Origin: Halodesulfurarchaeum sp. | GTDB lineage: Archaea; Halobacteriota; Halobacteria; Halobacteriales; Halobacteriaceae | Length of the DNA: 64,000 bases | Direction: 5' to 3' | NCBI GenBank assembly: GCA_034520565.1 | Contig: JAXHNL010000002.1 | Span: forward strand, 1,536,001-1,600,000 | In this document: piece by piece, positions 20,360 through 31,018 of the stretch | Layout of the letters: every line of letters begins with the position of its first letter | Position numbering within the stretch: the stretch's first letter is position 1 | Notes under the pieces: generated by a model | Told to the model about the DNA's origin: nothing | Seen by the model: the letters and a program-made list of their open reading frames with translations, nothing else | Databases searched by the model: none | Program-made: the position numbers and the translations under genes

Positions 20360-22579
20360 GTGGCCGATCGAGACGGGAAACCGCTGCACGAATCAGGGAG
20401 GTATTGAAAACTGAGGGGGCGGCTCTCAACGAGCAGGTCACCCATCACAACGACCAGCATTACGCGGCTATCGAGAACTTCGACGACTACGAACGATACC
20501 GCACGGCGGCTCGCAAAATCAAGGAACGGGCCATCGACCAGTTACCAGAACTGATCGAGCGGGTTCAAGCACAGGTGGAGGCAAACGGCGGTCAGGTTTA
20601 CCTTGCGGCTGACGCGGCCGAAGCGAACCGGTACGTCGAGGGAGTTCTCGACTCGACGACCGGGGAGCGAGTCGTCAAGTCGAAATCGATGACGACCGAG
20701 GAAATCGGCCTCCGCGAGCACCTCGAAGGGGGCGGCGCAGACGTCTACGAAACCGATCTCGGAGAGTTCGTCGTCCAACTGGCCGAGGAGTCGCCATCAC
20801 ACATCGTCGGGCCGGCCCTCCACAAGTCCCGCGAGGAGATCGCCTCGCTGTTCAACGAAACGTTCGATCCGGAGGAACCGCTGGAAACCCCTGCCGAACT
20901 GACGGACTTTGCACGGTCATATCTCGGTGAGCGAATCAAGGCGGCCGACATGGGCATCACTGGAGCCAATTTCGTGCTCGCGGAGAGCGGGACGATCGTG
21001 CTCGTCACCAACGAGGGAAACGCTCGGAAGTCGGCGGTCGTCCCGGACACACACGTTGCCGTCGCCGGGATCGAGAAACTCATCCCCTCGATTGGCGACT
21101 TGCATCCCTTCATTGAGTTGATCGCCCGGTCGGCGACCGGCCAGGACATCGCCCAGTACGTTTCGCTCCTGTCGCCCCCGGTCGACACGCCCAGGATCGA
21201 TTTCACCGACCCGGATACCGGCATCGGAACCGGCCACGGGACTGGGGATCGGGAGTTCCACCTCGTCCTGCTCGACAACGGCCGGATGGCGATGCGCGAG
21301 GACGACGCAACTCCGCGAGACGCTCTACTGCATCCGCTGTGGGGCGTGTTTGAACTCGTGTGCGAACTTCCAGCACGTCGGCGGCCACGCCTTCGGGGGC
21401 GAAACCTACTCCGGCGGAATCGGGACCGGGTGGGTGGCCGGGATCTCCGGAACGGCGGCGACGAAGGACTTCAACGACCTCTGTACAAGCTGCTCCCGAT
21501 GCGTGGAGAATTGCCCCGTCAAGATCGACATTCCGTGGATCAACACGGTCGTTCGGGACCGGCTGAATCGGAGGCGTGCCCCGGATGCAATCGACTCCTT
21601 GATCGACCCGCTCGTTCCTGACGAGGAACCATCGGGCATCGATCGACAGAAGCGATTTTTCGGAAACGTCGATCGGGTGCTCCGACTCGGATCGGCCCTT
21701 GCCCCCCTCACGAATTGGGCGCTTTCTGCCCCCGGTGTCGACCGTATCCTGGAAACCGTCCTCGGAATTGACCGGAGAAGATCGTTCCCTGACTTTGCGG
21801 AAGAAACCCTTACAGCCTGGTGGAACAGCCGGGACGGAAGTGAAGTGATTGACGCCCGAGAGGCAGTGACGCTTTACAACGACCCGTACACGAACTACCT
21901 CTATCCCGATCGGGGACGAGCGGCAATACGAGTGCTCGAAGCACTCGACATCGAAGTCACGTTGTCCCCGGTGCTTCCCTCGGGCCGGGCACCGCTCTCA
22001 CAGGGGATGATCTCGACCGCCGAAAAACAGGCCCAGGGTGTCGTCCAGGAACTCGACCCCGCGCTTGCGGCGAATCGGCCGATCGTCGTGATCGAACCGA
22101 GCGATATCGCGATGTTCCGGTCGGCGTACGAGCGGCTCGTTTCCGAAGAAACCGCAAAACGGCTCGCCGATGGAACGTATGAGGTACTGGAATTTCTTGC
22201 CCCGCGACTCGCGGAGGTGGCCGATCCAGCACAGTTCGACGCGTCCGACGTGCTCTTTCACAGCAACTGCCAGCAGCGAACGGTGGGTTTGGAAGCGCCG
22301 ACGATCGAGGTGTTCGATTCGCTGGGGTACGACGTCGCGACGACCGACGTCGAGTGCTGTGGGATGGCTGGCAGTTTCGGCTACAAGGAGCAGTACTACG
22401 AATTGAGTATGGCCGTCGGCGAGGATCTCGAACCACAGCTGGAACCGGTTGCTGGGGAGGACGTCGTCGCGAGTGGCACGTCGTGTGTCTCCCAACTCGG
22501 TGCCCTGTCCCTCGGTGTGGATCCGTCCCATCCCGTCGAACGACTCGACCGGGACTGGTCAGCAACTGAATCGAGGTGA
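20356..22579 (+). CDS. LutB/LldF-type LUD + 4Fe-4S protein fused to a Cys-rich (CCG) Fe-S oxidoreductase domain; apparent frameshift near 21307
   Basis: KSKSMTTEEI, ETDLGE, TNEGN; shifted frame YCIRCGACLNSC, CTSCSRCVENCP, CCGMAGSFGY. Confidence 0.87.
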
Positions 22580-22716
22580 ACCGACGCGTTTGGCGGTTCG
22601 AATCGTAGTGCTGAAGGCACGTTCCTCCATGAATCACGTCCGAACAGCATTCGGCTACCGGTGGAATCGAGTCCGAAGTTTGTATATTCACCAGTACCGA
22701 GACCTGTACACAGAGA

Positions 22717-23484
22717 ATGGTTGACGTAAGTATCATCGGGTGTGGGCACCTTGGCAGTGCCGTGATCGAGGGACTCGCGCGTGCCGATTCGCACTCGGTT
22801 ACGGCCTGTGACGTGAGCGAAGCGGCCCTCGAACGGGTCGAAGACCGCGTCCACCGGACGACGACCGACCTCGCGGTGGCCGCAGAGTCGTCAGTCGTTA
22901 TCGTGGCAGTGACACCCGACGCGGTCGTCGATGTCCTCGAGGATCTCGACTTGACGCCGGAGCAAACGCTGCTCTCCTTTGCGGCGGGGGTCCCGATGGA
23001 CGTTCTCGAGTCACGGACCGATGCGACTGTGGTCCGGGGCATGCCGAACCTGGCGGCCGAAACAGGGACGATGGCCTGTGCGATCACTGCCGGAGCCGGG
23101 AGCGACATCGAGACGTTGCTCGCCGATCTCGGCGAGTTCGTCGAGATTTCGGAGGCGCAGATGGACGTCGCGACGGCGGTCAACGGAAGCGGCCCGGCCT
23201 TCGTGTACTACCTCATCAAGGGATTACAGGAGGCCGGCGTAAACCGGGGCCTCGATGGAGACGACGCCCGGATCCTCGCGGCCCAGACGTTCAAGGGAGC
23301 CGCGGAGACGGTTTTACAATCGGAGTCGGATATCGAGGAACTCATCGATTCGGTGGCTACCGAGGGCGGCACCACGATCGAAGGAATGGAGGTGCTGTGG
23401 GACAGTGACGTAATCGAGACACTCGATGCAGCCGTCGGGGCTGCAACGATGCGGTCGGAAGCACTTGCAAAAAAATTACAATGA
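22717..23484 (+). CDS. proC: Pyrroline-5-carboxylate reductase
   Basis: [28 protein letters not shown]. Confidence 0.95.
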   Translation: MVDVSIIGCGHLGSAVIEGLARADSHSVTACDVSEAALERVEDRVHRTTTDLAVAAESSVVIVAVTPDAVVDVLEDLDLTPEQTLLSFAAGVPMDVLESRTDATVVRGMPNLAAETGTMACAITAGAGSDIETLLADLGEFVEISEAQMDVATAVNGSGPAFVYYLIKGLQEAGVNRGLDGDDARILAAQTFKGAAETVLQSESDIEELIDSVATEGGTTIEGMEVLWDSDVIETLDAAVGAATMRSEALAKKLQ

Positions 23485-24344
23485 CCGAGATTTCATCAGA
23501 AGGGGCAGACGCCCCATCCGAAAACGCAGTGAGAGAGACCCGTCGACTCGCGGCCGAGGCAGATCGTGTCGTCGTGAAGGCTGGCACGAACTCGTTGACC
23601 GACGAAACCTCGAACGTCGACGACGACAAACTCGACAAACTCGTCGACGACATCATGGACCTCCGGGAGCGAGGCAAGGAGGTCATCCTCGTTTCCTCCG
23701 GTGCGATCGGGGCCGGTAAAGGCCGCGTCGATCAACCGGCGGAAACAGTCGAAGACATGCAGGCCGCTTCGACGGTGGGCCAGAGCCATTTGATGCGTCG
23801 GTACACCGAAAGCTTCGAACGCTACGACCAGAAGGTCGCCCAGATCCTGCTCTCTCAGGAGGATCTCGTCGACTCGGACCGGTTTTCGAACTTCCGCACC
23901 AGCGTCGAGACCCTTCTCGAGTGGGAGGTCGTCCCGATTATCAACGAGAACGACGCCATCGCGATCGAGGAGATCAAAATCGGCGACAACGACATGATTT
24001 CGGCGTCTGTGGCCGTGGGCGTCGAGGCGGATCTGCTCGTGACTCTCACCGACGTCGGGGGCGTCTACACGGGGAACCCAAAGGAGGATCCCGGGGCGGA
24101 GAAAATCGATGCCGTCGGCCGAAACTACGCCGAAGTCCAGCAACTCGTCGAGCGAAGCTCCAGGGCGGAGTTCGGTGGGATCCGAACGAAAGTCGAGGGC
24201 GCTCGGGAGGCTAACGAACACGGCATTCCGGCCATCATCGCCGAATCGACCGAACCGGGCATTCTGGAGAAAATCGCCTCTGAGGAGCCGGTGGGAACGA
24301 TTTTCCTCCCCGTCAACGGGGACATTCCGGACACAGACATCTAA
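23481..24344 (+). CDS. proB: Glutamate 5-kinase (no PUA domain)
   Basis: VVVKAGT, LVSSGA, VGQ, PIINEND, GDND, GGIRTK. Confidence 0.95.
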   Translation: MTEISSEGADAPSENAVRETRRLAAEADRVVVKAGTNSLTDETSNVDDDKLDKLVDDIMDLRERGKEVILVSSGAIGAGKGRVDQPAETVEDMQAASTVGQSHLMRRYTESFERYDQKVAQILLSQEDLVDSDRFSNFRTSVETLLEWEVVPIINENDAIAIEEIKIGDNDMISASVAVGVEADLLVTLTDVGGVYTGNPKEDPGAEKIDAVGRNYAEVQQLVERSSRAEFGGIRTKVEGAREANEHGIPAIIAESTEPGILEKIASEEPVGTIFLPVNGDIPDTDI

Positions 24345-24347
24345 CCC

Positions 24348-25679
24348 ATGACCGAATCCGAAACAGTTGCCAAAGTCACAGCAGCACAGGACGCGGCACT
24401 CGAACTGGTACAGACGACGGATGAGACCCGAAGCGAGGCACTGTACGCCATCGCCGAGGCGGTGCTGGAACACGAAGCCGAGATCCTCGAAGCAAACGAG
24501 AAGGACGTGGCCGAGGCGGAGGCGATGCTCGAAGCCGGGGAGTACAGCCAGGCCCTCGTCGACCGGCTGAAACTCGATCGGACCAAACTCGAGAGTATCG
24601 CCGAAATGGTCCGTAGCGTCGCCGAGCAGGGAGATCCACTCGGAAAGACGCTTTCGGCCCGCGAACTCGACGACGACCTCGAACTCTACAAGGTGGCCGT
24701 CCCAATCGGGGTCCTCGGGACTGTCTTCGAGTCCAGGCCGGACGCCCTGGTGCAAATCGCTGCACTCAGTCTCAAATCTGGAAACGCGGTCATCCTGAAG
24801 GGCGGCAGCGAGGCGCTGCATTCGAACCGCGTTCTCCACGAGATCATCGAGGACGTCACGAGCGAAATCGCCCCCGGGTGGGTGCAGCTCATCGAGGCCC
24901 ACGAGGCGGTCGACACCGTCCTCGAAATGGACGACGCGATCGACCTGCTGATGCCCCGCGGGAGTACCGAGTTCGTCCAGTACATTCAGGAGAACACGAA
25001 GATCCCGGTGCTCGGACACACCGAAGGCGTCTGTCACGTGTACGTCGACGACGACGCGGACCTCGAGATGGGTGTCGACATCGCGTTCGACGCGAAGGTC
25101 CAGTACCCGGCCGTCTGCAACGCCGTCGAGACCCTCCTCGTCCACGAGAGCGTTGCCGCGGACTACCTCCCCGAGATCGTCTCACGCTACGAAGACGCGG
25201 GCGTCGAGGTTCGCGGCGACGAAGCTACACAAGAAATCGTCGACGTGGAGCCAGCCAATGAGGCGGATTGGGAGACCGAATACGGCGATCTGATCATTTC
25301 GATCAAGGTCGTCGACTCCCTCGAAACGGCTATCGATCACGTCAACACCTTCGGTTCGAAACACACCGAGTCGATCGTTACCGAGAACGCCGACGCAGCA
25401 GGCGAGTTCATGCAGCGTATCGACGCCTCGAGCGTGTTCCACAACGCCTCGACCCGGTTCGCAGACGGCTTTCGGTACGGGTTGGGCGCCGAGGTCGGCA
25501 TCAGTACGGGCAAAATTCACGCCCGCGGTCCGGTCGGTCTGGAGGGGCTGACCACCACCAAGTACTATCTGGAAGGTGACGGCCAACTCGTGGCAAGTTA
25601 CGCCGGGGAGGACGCATTGCCGTTCACCCATGAGGAGTTCGACGGCGACTGGATCCCGGGGACTCTCTCGCGGAAATAG
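24348..25679 (+). CDS. proA: Gamma-glutamyl phosphate reductase
   Basis: VPIGV...FESRP, LKGGSEA, CNAVETLL, NASTRFADG, GAEVGISTGKIHARGPVGL. Confidence 0.96.
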   Translation: MTESETVAKVTAAQDAALELVQTTDETRSEALYAIAEAVLEHEAEILEANEKDVAEAEAMLEAGEYSQALVDRLKLDRTKLESIAEMVRSVAEQGDPLGKTLSARELDDDLELYKVAVPIGVLGTVFESRPDALVQIAALSLKSGNAVILKGGSEALHSNRVLHEIIEDVTSEIAPGWVQLIEAHEAVDTVLEMDDAIDLLMPRGSTEFVQYIQENTKIPVLGHTEGVCHVYVDDDADLEMGVDIAFDAKVQYPAVCNAVETLLVHESVAADYLPEIVSRYEDAGVEVRGDEATQEIVDVEPANEADWETEYGDLIISIKVVDSLETAIDHVNTFGSKHTESIVTENADAAGEFMQRIDASSVFHNASTRFADGFRYGLGAEVGISTGKIHARGPVGLEGLTTTKYYLEGDGQLVASYAGEDALPFTHEEFDGDWIPGTLSRK

Positions 25680-25741
25680 CCTGCCGTTTCACCGGTGAGT
25701 GGGGACCACGAATTTTGGCTCTCCGCGGGGAACGGGTTTGC

Positions 25742-26126
25742 ATGGGAACTCCTCGTCGACACCGAAAGCCGTCTGTCCGTTCGTGACGTGACCGATCGGG
25801 TCAGGGCCGAATGACCGTCTGACGCGTCGGGAACGTCGATTGTATTCAGCCGGCACACGACGACTGCAGTGACCATCAACGAGGCCGAGGCTTGCTTGTT
25901 GCGGGATTTCGAGGACGCCCTCGAGGAACTGGTACCCGTGACGGGTTGGGCCCACGACGAGGTCGATGACAACGCCGACAGCCACGTCCGAGCGATGCTG
26001 ATCGGCCCGAGCGAGACAGTCCCCGTTCGCGACGGCGAGTTGCAACTCGGGACCTGGCAGTCGATCTCGCTTGTCGAGTGTGACGGTCCCCGATCGAGAA
26101 CGGTGATAGTCGTCGTCACCGGATGA
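25742..26126 (+). pseudogene. yjbQ: YjbQ (UPF0047) family gene with a frameshift right after the ATG and an in-frame TGA at 25812 (pseudogene or sequence error)
   Basis: HTTTAVTINE, HD..DDNADSH, LGTWQ...ECDGPR motifs; the N-terminal part ELLVDTESRLSVRDVTDRV is in frame but separated by TGA. Confidence 0.75.
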
Positions 26127-26185
26127 AAACCACGTTTGGGTCGAGTGGGCGAAGAACAAAGGCCACGCGTGCGGAAGGACTCGGT

Positions 26186-27421
26186 ATGGCGATGGAACAC
26201 GTTCGGGCCCTCGAGTGCCCGCTTTGCGGTGAGACATACGATCCCGATCGGGAGATGTACACCTGTCCGAATCACGAGGGCGTGACCGGCATTCTCGAAG
26301 TCACCTACGACTACGGCGTGATTGACGAGCGATTCGACGCCGATCTCGACGGTTCGATCGACAGTCAGTGGAAATACGAGGCGTTTCTGCCGGTCCACGA
26401 CGACGCGGACATCGTGAGCCTCGGTGAGGGTGGGACTGCGTTGCTCGAGGCCCCGAATCTGGGGGAGCAATTGGGTGTCGGGACGTTCGTCAAAGACGAC
26501 GGCCGGAATCCAACCGGCTGCCTCAAGGATCGGGCGACGAGCATTGCGGTGACGAAAGCCCGGCACGCCGGTAACGAAACCGTGACCTGTGCGTCGACCG
26601 GCAACGCCGCAGCCTCGCTTGCCGGCTATGCAGCCCGTGGTGGACTCGACGCGCGTATTTTTGTGCCCGGGGATGCACCCGTGGAGAAACTCGCTCAGCC
26701 CCTCGTGTACGGAGCCGACGTACTCGCCGTCGAGGGGAGCTACGACGAGGCGTACGACCTCAGTATGGAGGTAACCGAGGAATACGGTTGGTACAACCGG
26801 AACGCCGCGATCAATCCCTTCCAGGTCGAAGGCAAGCGGACCGTCGGCCACGAGATCGCCGAGCAAACGAGTGTCCGGGGTGGAATTCCCGACTGGGTCG
26901 CCTTCTCGATGGGCGATGGATGTACGATCGCCGGCGCGTGGAAGGGCCTTCGTGAATTCGCCGAACTCGGATACGTCGATGCGACGCCGAAAATACTGGG
27001 TGTGCAGGCCGAAGGCGCACCTGGTATTCACGACGCTTTCCACGGAAACACGGACACTTCGGAGGTGGCGGACACGCTCGCAGATAGCATCGCCGTCGGA
27101 CAGCCCAGAAATACCAGGAAGGCGGTTCGGGCACTCGAGGAGAGCGGTGGAACGAGCGTCCTCGTTTCGGACGAGGACATCCTCACAGCAGAGACGCTTC
27201 TGGGCAGCACCGAGGGGATCTATACTGAGCCGGCCGGGGCAACAGCTGTGGCCGGGGTCAAACAGGCGGTCGAATCGGGAACCATTGCATCGAACGACAC
27301 GGTCGTCATCGTTTCGACCGGATTCGGGCTCAAGGACACCGAAAGCGCACAACAGGCCACTGGTGGGGTGCATCGAATCGAACCCGAACTGAGCGAGATT
27401 CAACGCCTGTTTTCATCGTAA
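26186..27421 (+). CDS. thrC: Threonine synthase (PLP-dependent)
   Basis: SLGEGGT, NPTGCLKDR, CASTGNAAAS, EGKRT, TGFGLKD. Confidence 0.88.
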   Translation: MAMEHVRALECPLCGETYDPDREMYTCPNHEGVTGILEVTYDYGVIDERFDADLDGSIDSQWKYEAFLPVHDDADIVSLGEGGTALLEAPNLGEQLGVGTFVKDDGRNPTGCLKDRATSIAVTKARHAGNETVTCASTGNAAASLAGYAARGGLDARIFVPGDAPVEKLAQPLVYGADVLAVEGSYDEAYDLSMEVTEEYGWYNRNAAINPFQVEGKRTVGHEIAEQTSVRGGIPDWVAFSMGDGCTIAGAWKGLREFAELGYVDATPKILGVQAEGAPGIHDAFHGNTDTSEVADTLADSIAVGQPRNTRKAVRALEESGGTSVLVSDEDILTAETLLGSTEGIYTEPAGATAVAGVKQAVESGTIASNDTVVIVSTGFGLKDTESAQQATGGVHRIEPELSEIQRLFSS

Positions 27422-27456
27422 TCTCCAATAACGCGCTCGATCCGCTCGACAATCGA

Positions 27457-27509
27457 CGGACGAACGTTTCGCACCGTTCAGAGCTCGGACGAACGTTTCG
27501 CACCGTTCA
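27457..27509. repeat. Perfect 24-bp direct repeat (period 29), each unit containing the inverted repeat GAACG-N8-CGTTC
   Basis: CGGACGAACGTTTCGCACCGTTCA at 27457-27480 and 27486-27509. Confidence 0.85.
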
Positions 27510-27564
27510 AAGATCGATTTGACCCTCCAAAACCATATTTATCCGGCCGGCGCAAAGCGAGCCA

Positions 27565-28191
27565 ATGCCCTCGTTGACCCGCCGCGAGACACTCGCTGCT
27601 GCCTCGTCGAGTCTCGTCCTCCTGGCCGGCTGTGCCGGCTCCGATCGGTCCAGCCATTCGGAACCCCCGGCGGAATCCGAACCCGTCGAGTACGAGTTCG
27701 AACGTGTCCGGACGACCACGGAATCGGTGCTGTTCAGGACGGGGGACGAGACTGATCGAACCGTGAGCGAGCGCCGGGAGCGGTATGATGCCGACTTCGT
27801 TTCGCGCGAGTCGAACTTCGAATCGATCGAGTTCGCATCCACCGAGGGCGGGACCCAACTGCAGTCCTTCGCAAACGCGACCGACTTCGAAACGGAATCG
27901 GTGTTTCTGTACTCGACAGGCGTGAGTGAGTGTCACGATATTAAACTCGAATCGGTGACCCTCGACGGGAACGACGGCGATCCACATCTCGATTTCTGTC
28001 GGTTCGTTCGGCCGGCCGACGTGGAATGCGACGCGGACACGATGCATACCGTCGGCTACGCGGTTCGACTCCCAATTGACGGCCGTGACACGTCTGGTTA
28101 TGGAACCGGCATGAGTCACGGCTGTGCCGGTCGTCCGGACCCGGACGTGTTCGAAACGACGGTCACAGTCACAGGGGGTGGGAAAGAATGA
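27565..28191 (+). CDS. Hypothetical Tat-exported lipoprotein
   Basis: TRRETL twin-arginine signal, LAGC lipobox, acidic, four further Cys. Confidence 0.8.
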   Translation: MPSLTRRETLAAASSSLVLLAGCAGSDRSSHSEPPAESEPVEYEFERVRTTTESVLFRTGDETDRTVSERRERYDADFVSRESNFESIEFASTEGGTQLQSFANATDFETESVFLYSTGVSECHDIKLESVTLDGNDGDPHLDFCRFVRPADVECDADTMHTVGYAVRLPIDGRDTSGYGTGMSHGCAGRPDPDVFETTVTVTGGGKE

Positions 28192-29483
28192 CGACCAGAC
28201 GCCAGTTCCTGGCCGGGTTGGGAACGGCGGCCGTCGGTTCGCTGGCAGGCTGTGGGGCACTCGACGGATCGTACGGTAACTCGGAAGACCCACTCGAAAA
28301 AGCGGATTTCGAGGGGTGGACCCCAGCGACGCTCGTGGAACCGTCCGCTCTCCCCTTTGAGCTTCCGGAAACCCTCTTCGGGTCCCTCGAAGGACGAACC
28401 CGTGATCTTCTCACGGCCGTTCCGGAAGACCCGGCGATTCCGAATGCGACGATACGACAGGAAATTCGGGCGGATCGATCACACGTTCAGAAACGGATCG
28501 AGGATGGCGTCGACGCAGACACGGCTATGGGGCGGCTCAAACGGTTGCACGGCAATCTGAGGGATGCGGCGGAACTGTTCGGTTCCTACCGGGCGGCCTC
28601 CGGACAAAACGACGGCGCCATCGTCGCCGACAGACGCGAGCGGATTCGAGAGGATCTGGCGATCTTCGAGTCGTCGATGGACTATGCGGCGCCCTCGACC
28701 CTCGAAGCAGTGCTCGTGTATGCACCCGTCGAAGACCGTCTCGAGCGGGCCAAGCACGAACTGCCGCCCCGTGAACCGTATCCCGACGACCCTGTCGCGA
28801 ACGTCGAGCAGGCGGGACGCGCCTACCAGGGGGTCGAATCTGCTGCAGCGGCACTCGAAGCGGCACGGGGAATTCGAACCGCACAGCACTCGGATCTGGA
28901 GATCGCAGAGTCGAGATGGAGCGAACTCGCGACGGCGACACGCTGGCTGGATATCTCGGTCGGCCGGACCCGAAGCTCTCGAGTTCCCTACCCGGAGACG
29001 GCCGATTCGGCGGATGTGTTCGAATTCGAACTCTCCGGGGTCAAACAGGAAGTATACCGATTCGCGCGCCGTGACACACAGCACACGATCGACTCGTTCA
29101 ATGAGGCAGTTGACACCAACCGATTCGGGACCGCTGCGGTTTTGGCCGGGCAGAGTCTGGCTAGCATCGCAGCCTTCGAGGGAGTCATCACCGCGATTCG
29201 GCAGGGCACTCTCGCGGACGAACCGTCGGTCGAATCCGTCCGAACCGCTGCTGACGGGGCCCACGAAACCCTCCAGGAGATTCCGATGGGCGAGTACCCG
29301 TTCTTGAGCGCGGCAATCGGCCAACCGGCAGTTTTCGAATATCGAAGTGGCGTTCGTTCGGCCGGCGAGGAGCTGTTCGATCCCGATTACGCCGAAGCCT
29401 CCTTCCGACACGCGGGCCTCTTGGGGGCGGCGACGAACGAGGCTGCAGCCTTCGTCGTCGAGCAACTCGAGGGGCATCCGTAA
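28188..29483 (+). CDS. Hypothetical Tat-exported lipoprotein (alpha-helical)
   Basis: TRRQFL signal, LAGC lipobox, ATGA overlap with the upstream gene. Confidence 0.8.
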   Translation: MTTRRQFLAGLGTAAVGSLAGCGALDGSYGNSEDPLEKADFEGWTPATLVEPSALPFELPETLFGSLEGRTRDLLTAVPEDPAIPNATIRQEIRADRSHVQKRIEDGVDADTAMGRLKRLHGNLRDAAELFGSYRAASGQNDGAIVADRRERIREDLAIFESSMDYAAPSTLEAVLVYAPVEDRLERAKHELPPREPYPDDPVANVEQAGRAYQGVESAAAALEAARGIRTAQHSDLEIAESRWSELATATRWLDISVGRTRSSRVPYPETADSADVFEFELSGVKQEVYRFARRDTQHTIDSFNEAVDTNRFGTAAVLAGQSLASIAAFEGVITAIRQGTLADEPSVESVRTAADGAHETLQEIPMGEYPFLSAAIGQPAVFEYRSGVRSAGEELFDPDYAEASFRHAGLLGAATNEAAAFVVEQLEGHP

Positions 29484-29782
29484 CTTTTCGAGGGAAGCGG
29501 TGTGGGGAGGGATCAAGTAGCCGGAATCGGGTTCCGAATGCGAAAACCGGATTCAGTCACCTGACGGTGAAGCTGACAGGGTTGACCGACGGCTCGTCAG
29601 AAGACGACGAGCCCGATACAGACGACGGTGAGTCGTCAAATAACGACGGGAAAGCTGGGCCTCCGGTTATCGAGCCATGAGGCCCCACCGAACACGCGGA
29701 TGGTCGATAAGAGACCCTTCCAGCACCGTTTGAACGATTCAGGTTCCGCTTCTCGTTTTCAGACCCTTGAACGGAAAACGCA

Positions 29783-29856
29783 AGCCGGTGAAGGGATTTG
29801 AACCCTTGACCTAATCCTTACGAAGGATTCGCTCTACCAGTCTGAGCTACACCGGC
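29783..29856 (-). tRNA. tRNA-Thr (CGT)
   Basis: Reverse complement GCCGGTG-TA-GCTCAGACTGGTAGAGC-G-AATCC-TTCGTAA-GGATT-AGGTC-AAGGG-TTCAAAT-CCCTT-CACCGGC-T. Confidence 0.97.
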
Positions 29857-29936
29857 GCGGACACTGCTCCGTATTCGCAGTGGATGAATAAGACTTGCGA
29901 TCGGTCGAGACCCCAAGCAGGCACCGGGATCGGGAA

Positions 29937-30933
29937 TCACCGCCCGGTTGATCGCTTCCGCAATTCGACGTCGAGGACGACGTTCAACTCGTGGGGCGCG
30001 TAGGTTCGCACCTCGTGGCGGGTCAGCACCTCGACATCATAGGTCGGTTCGGCCGCCGCTCGGATGGCCTGCTCGCCTGGCTCGAACGGGGCGGACTCGT
30101 GTTGGATGTCGTAATAGTGGAGCACGGCTCTGTCGCCGGCGAGTTCGACGGCCGTGTCGAGAAATTCGTTTGCGGAGTGTGGCAGGTTCATGACGATCCG
30201 ATCGGCCCAGTCCCCGTAGTCGAACCGCGACCGTCTCGAACGTCTCCAACGATTCCCGTCACGCGGTCTTCGACGCCGTTGCGCGGGCATTTTCCCGGAG
30301 ATACTCGATGGCCGTCCCGTTCACGTCAGTCCCGACGACCGTGGCACCCATTTGGGCCATCGGAATGGCAAACGGACCGACGCCGGCGAACATGTCGAAG
30401 ACGTGCTCGCCGGGTTCGACCTGCTTGACGACCCGGTGGCGTTCGGTGGCCAGTCGGGGCGAGAAATAGACGTCGTCGAGATCGAGTGCGAACTCCGCGC
30501 CGTATTCGCGATGAACCGTCTCCGTGGTCGATCCCCGAAGGATTTCCCAGTCGCGAGTTCGCGTCCGGCCCTTGATCTTGGAGGCGCGGTTGAGGACCCC
30601 TTCGATCGGAAGATCTGACTTCCAGAGCGCCGCGGCGATCGCTTCGGCGCGGTCCGGATCGTCCTCGTCGATGATGGCCAATCCGCCGAGTCGCTCGTAA
30701 CTCGGTTCCTCACCGAGAATATCCGCCGGCATGGTCTGTGTTTCGCGTTCGGGCGGGTCGTGAGAAACGACGGTCAAGTCGGATGGGACAGCCGTTGGAT
30801 CGGTAATCGGAATAAAGACGAACTCCTCGTCGACGTCGAGATCCCACTGCTCGGCGAGCAGATCCGCTTGTGCGAGTCGCTTGCGCGTGGACTCCCCATC
30901 CGCGCGTTCGACCCGCACGCAGGGAACCGACAT
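29937..30933 (-). CDS. trm5: Trm5/TYW2-family tRNA (guanine-37-N1) methyltransferase; apparent frameshifts near 30285 and 30230
   Basis: VYFSPRLATERHR, DMFAGVGPF, then ADRIVMNLP and LHYY in another frame. Confidence 0.85.
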
Positions 30934-31018
30934 GAGTCATGCTGCGGTCCGGGTCGGCTTACAAATGGCGCTTTCCCGGGGTCGAAACGCCTACCCCGAT
31001 CCCCGTCGGAGGTGAGGT

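Noticed and set aside
25812-25814. Selenocysteine or other recoding at the in-frame TGA in yjbQ
   Set aside because: Not at a recognisable Cys position, no SECIS noticed, and the gene has a second lesion.
23496-27403. Long antisense ORFs (549 aa and 601 aa here; also 2502-4037, 33634-35358, 41202-42959)
   Set aside because: Shadow ORFs opposite well-supported genes, expected from the high-GC, GAC/GAG-rich codon usage of haloarchaea; no recognisable motifs.
27457-27509. Possible mini-CRISPR
   Set aside because: Only two repeats separated by 5 nt, with no spacer and no cas genes.
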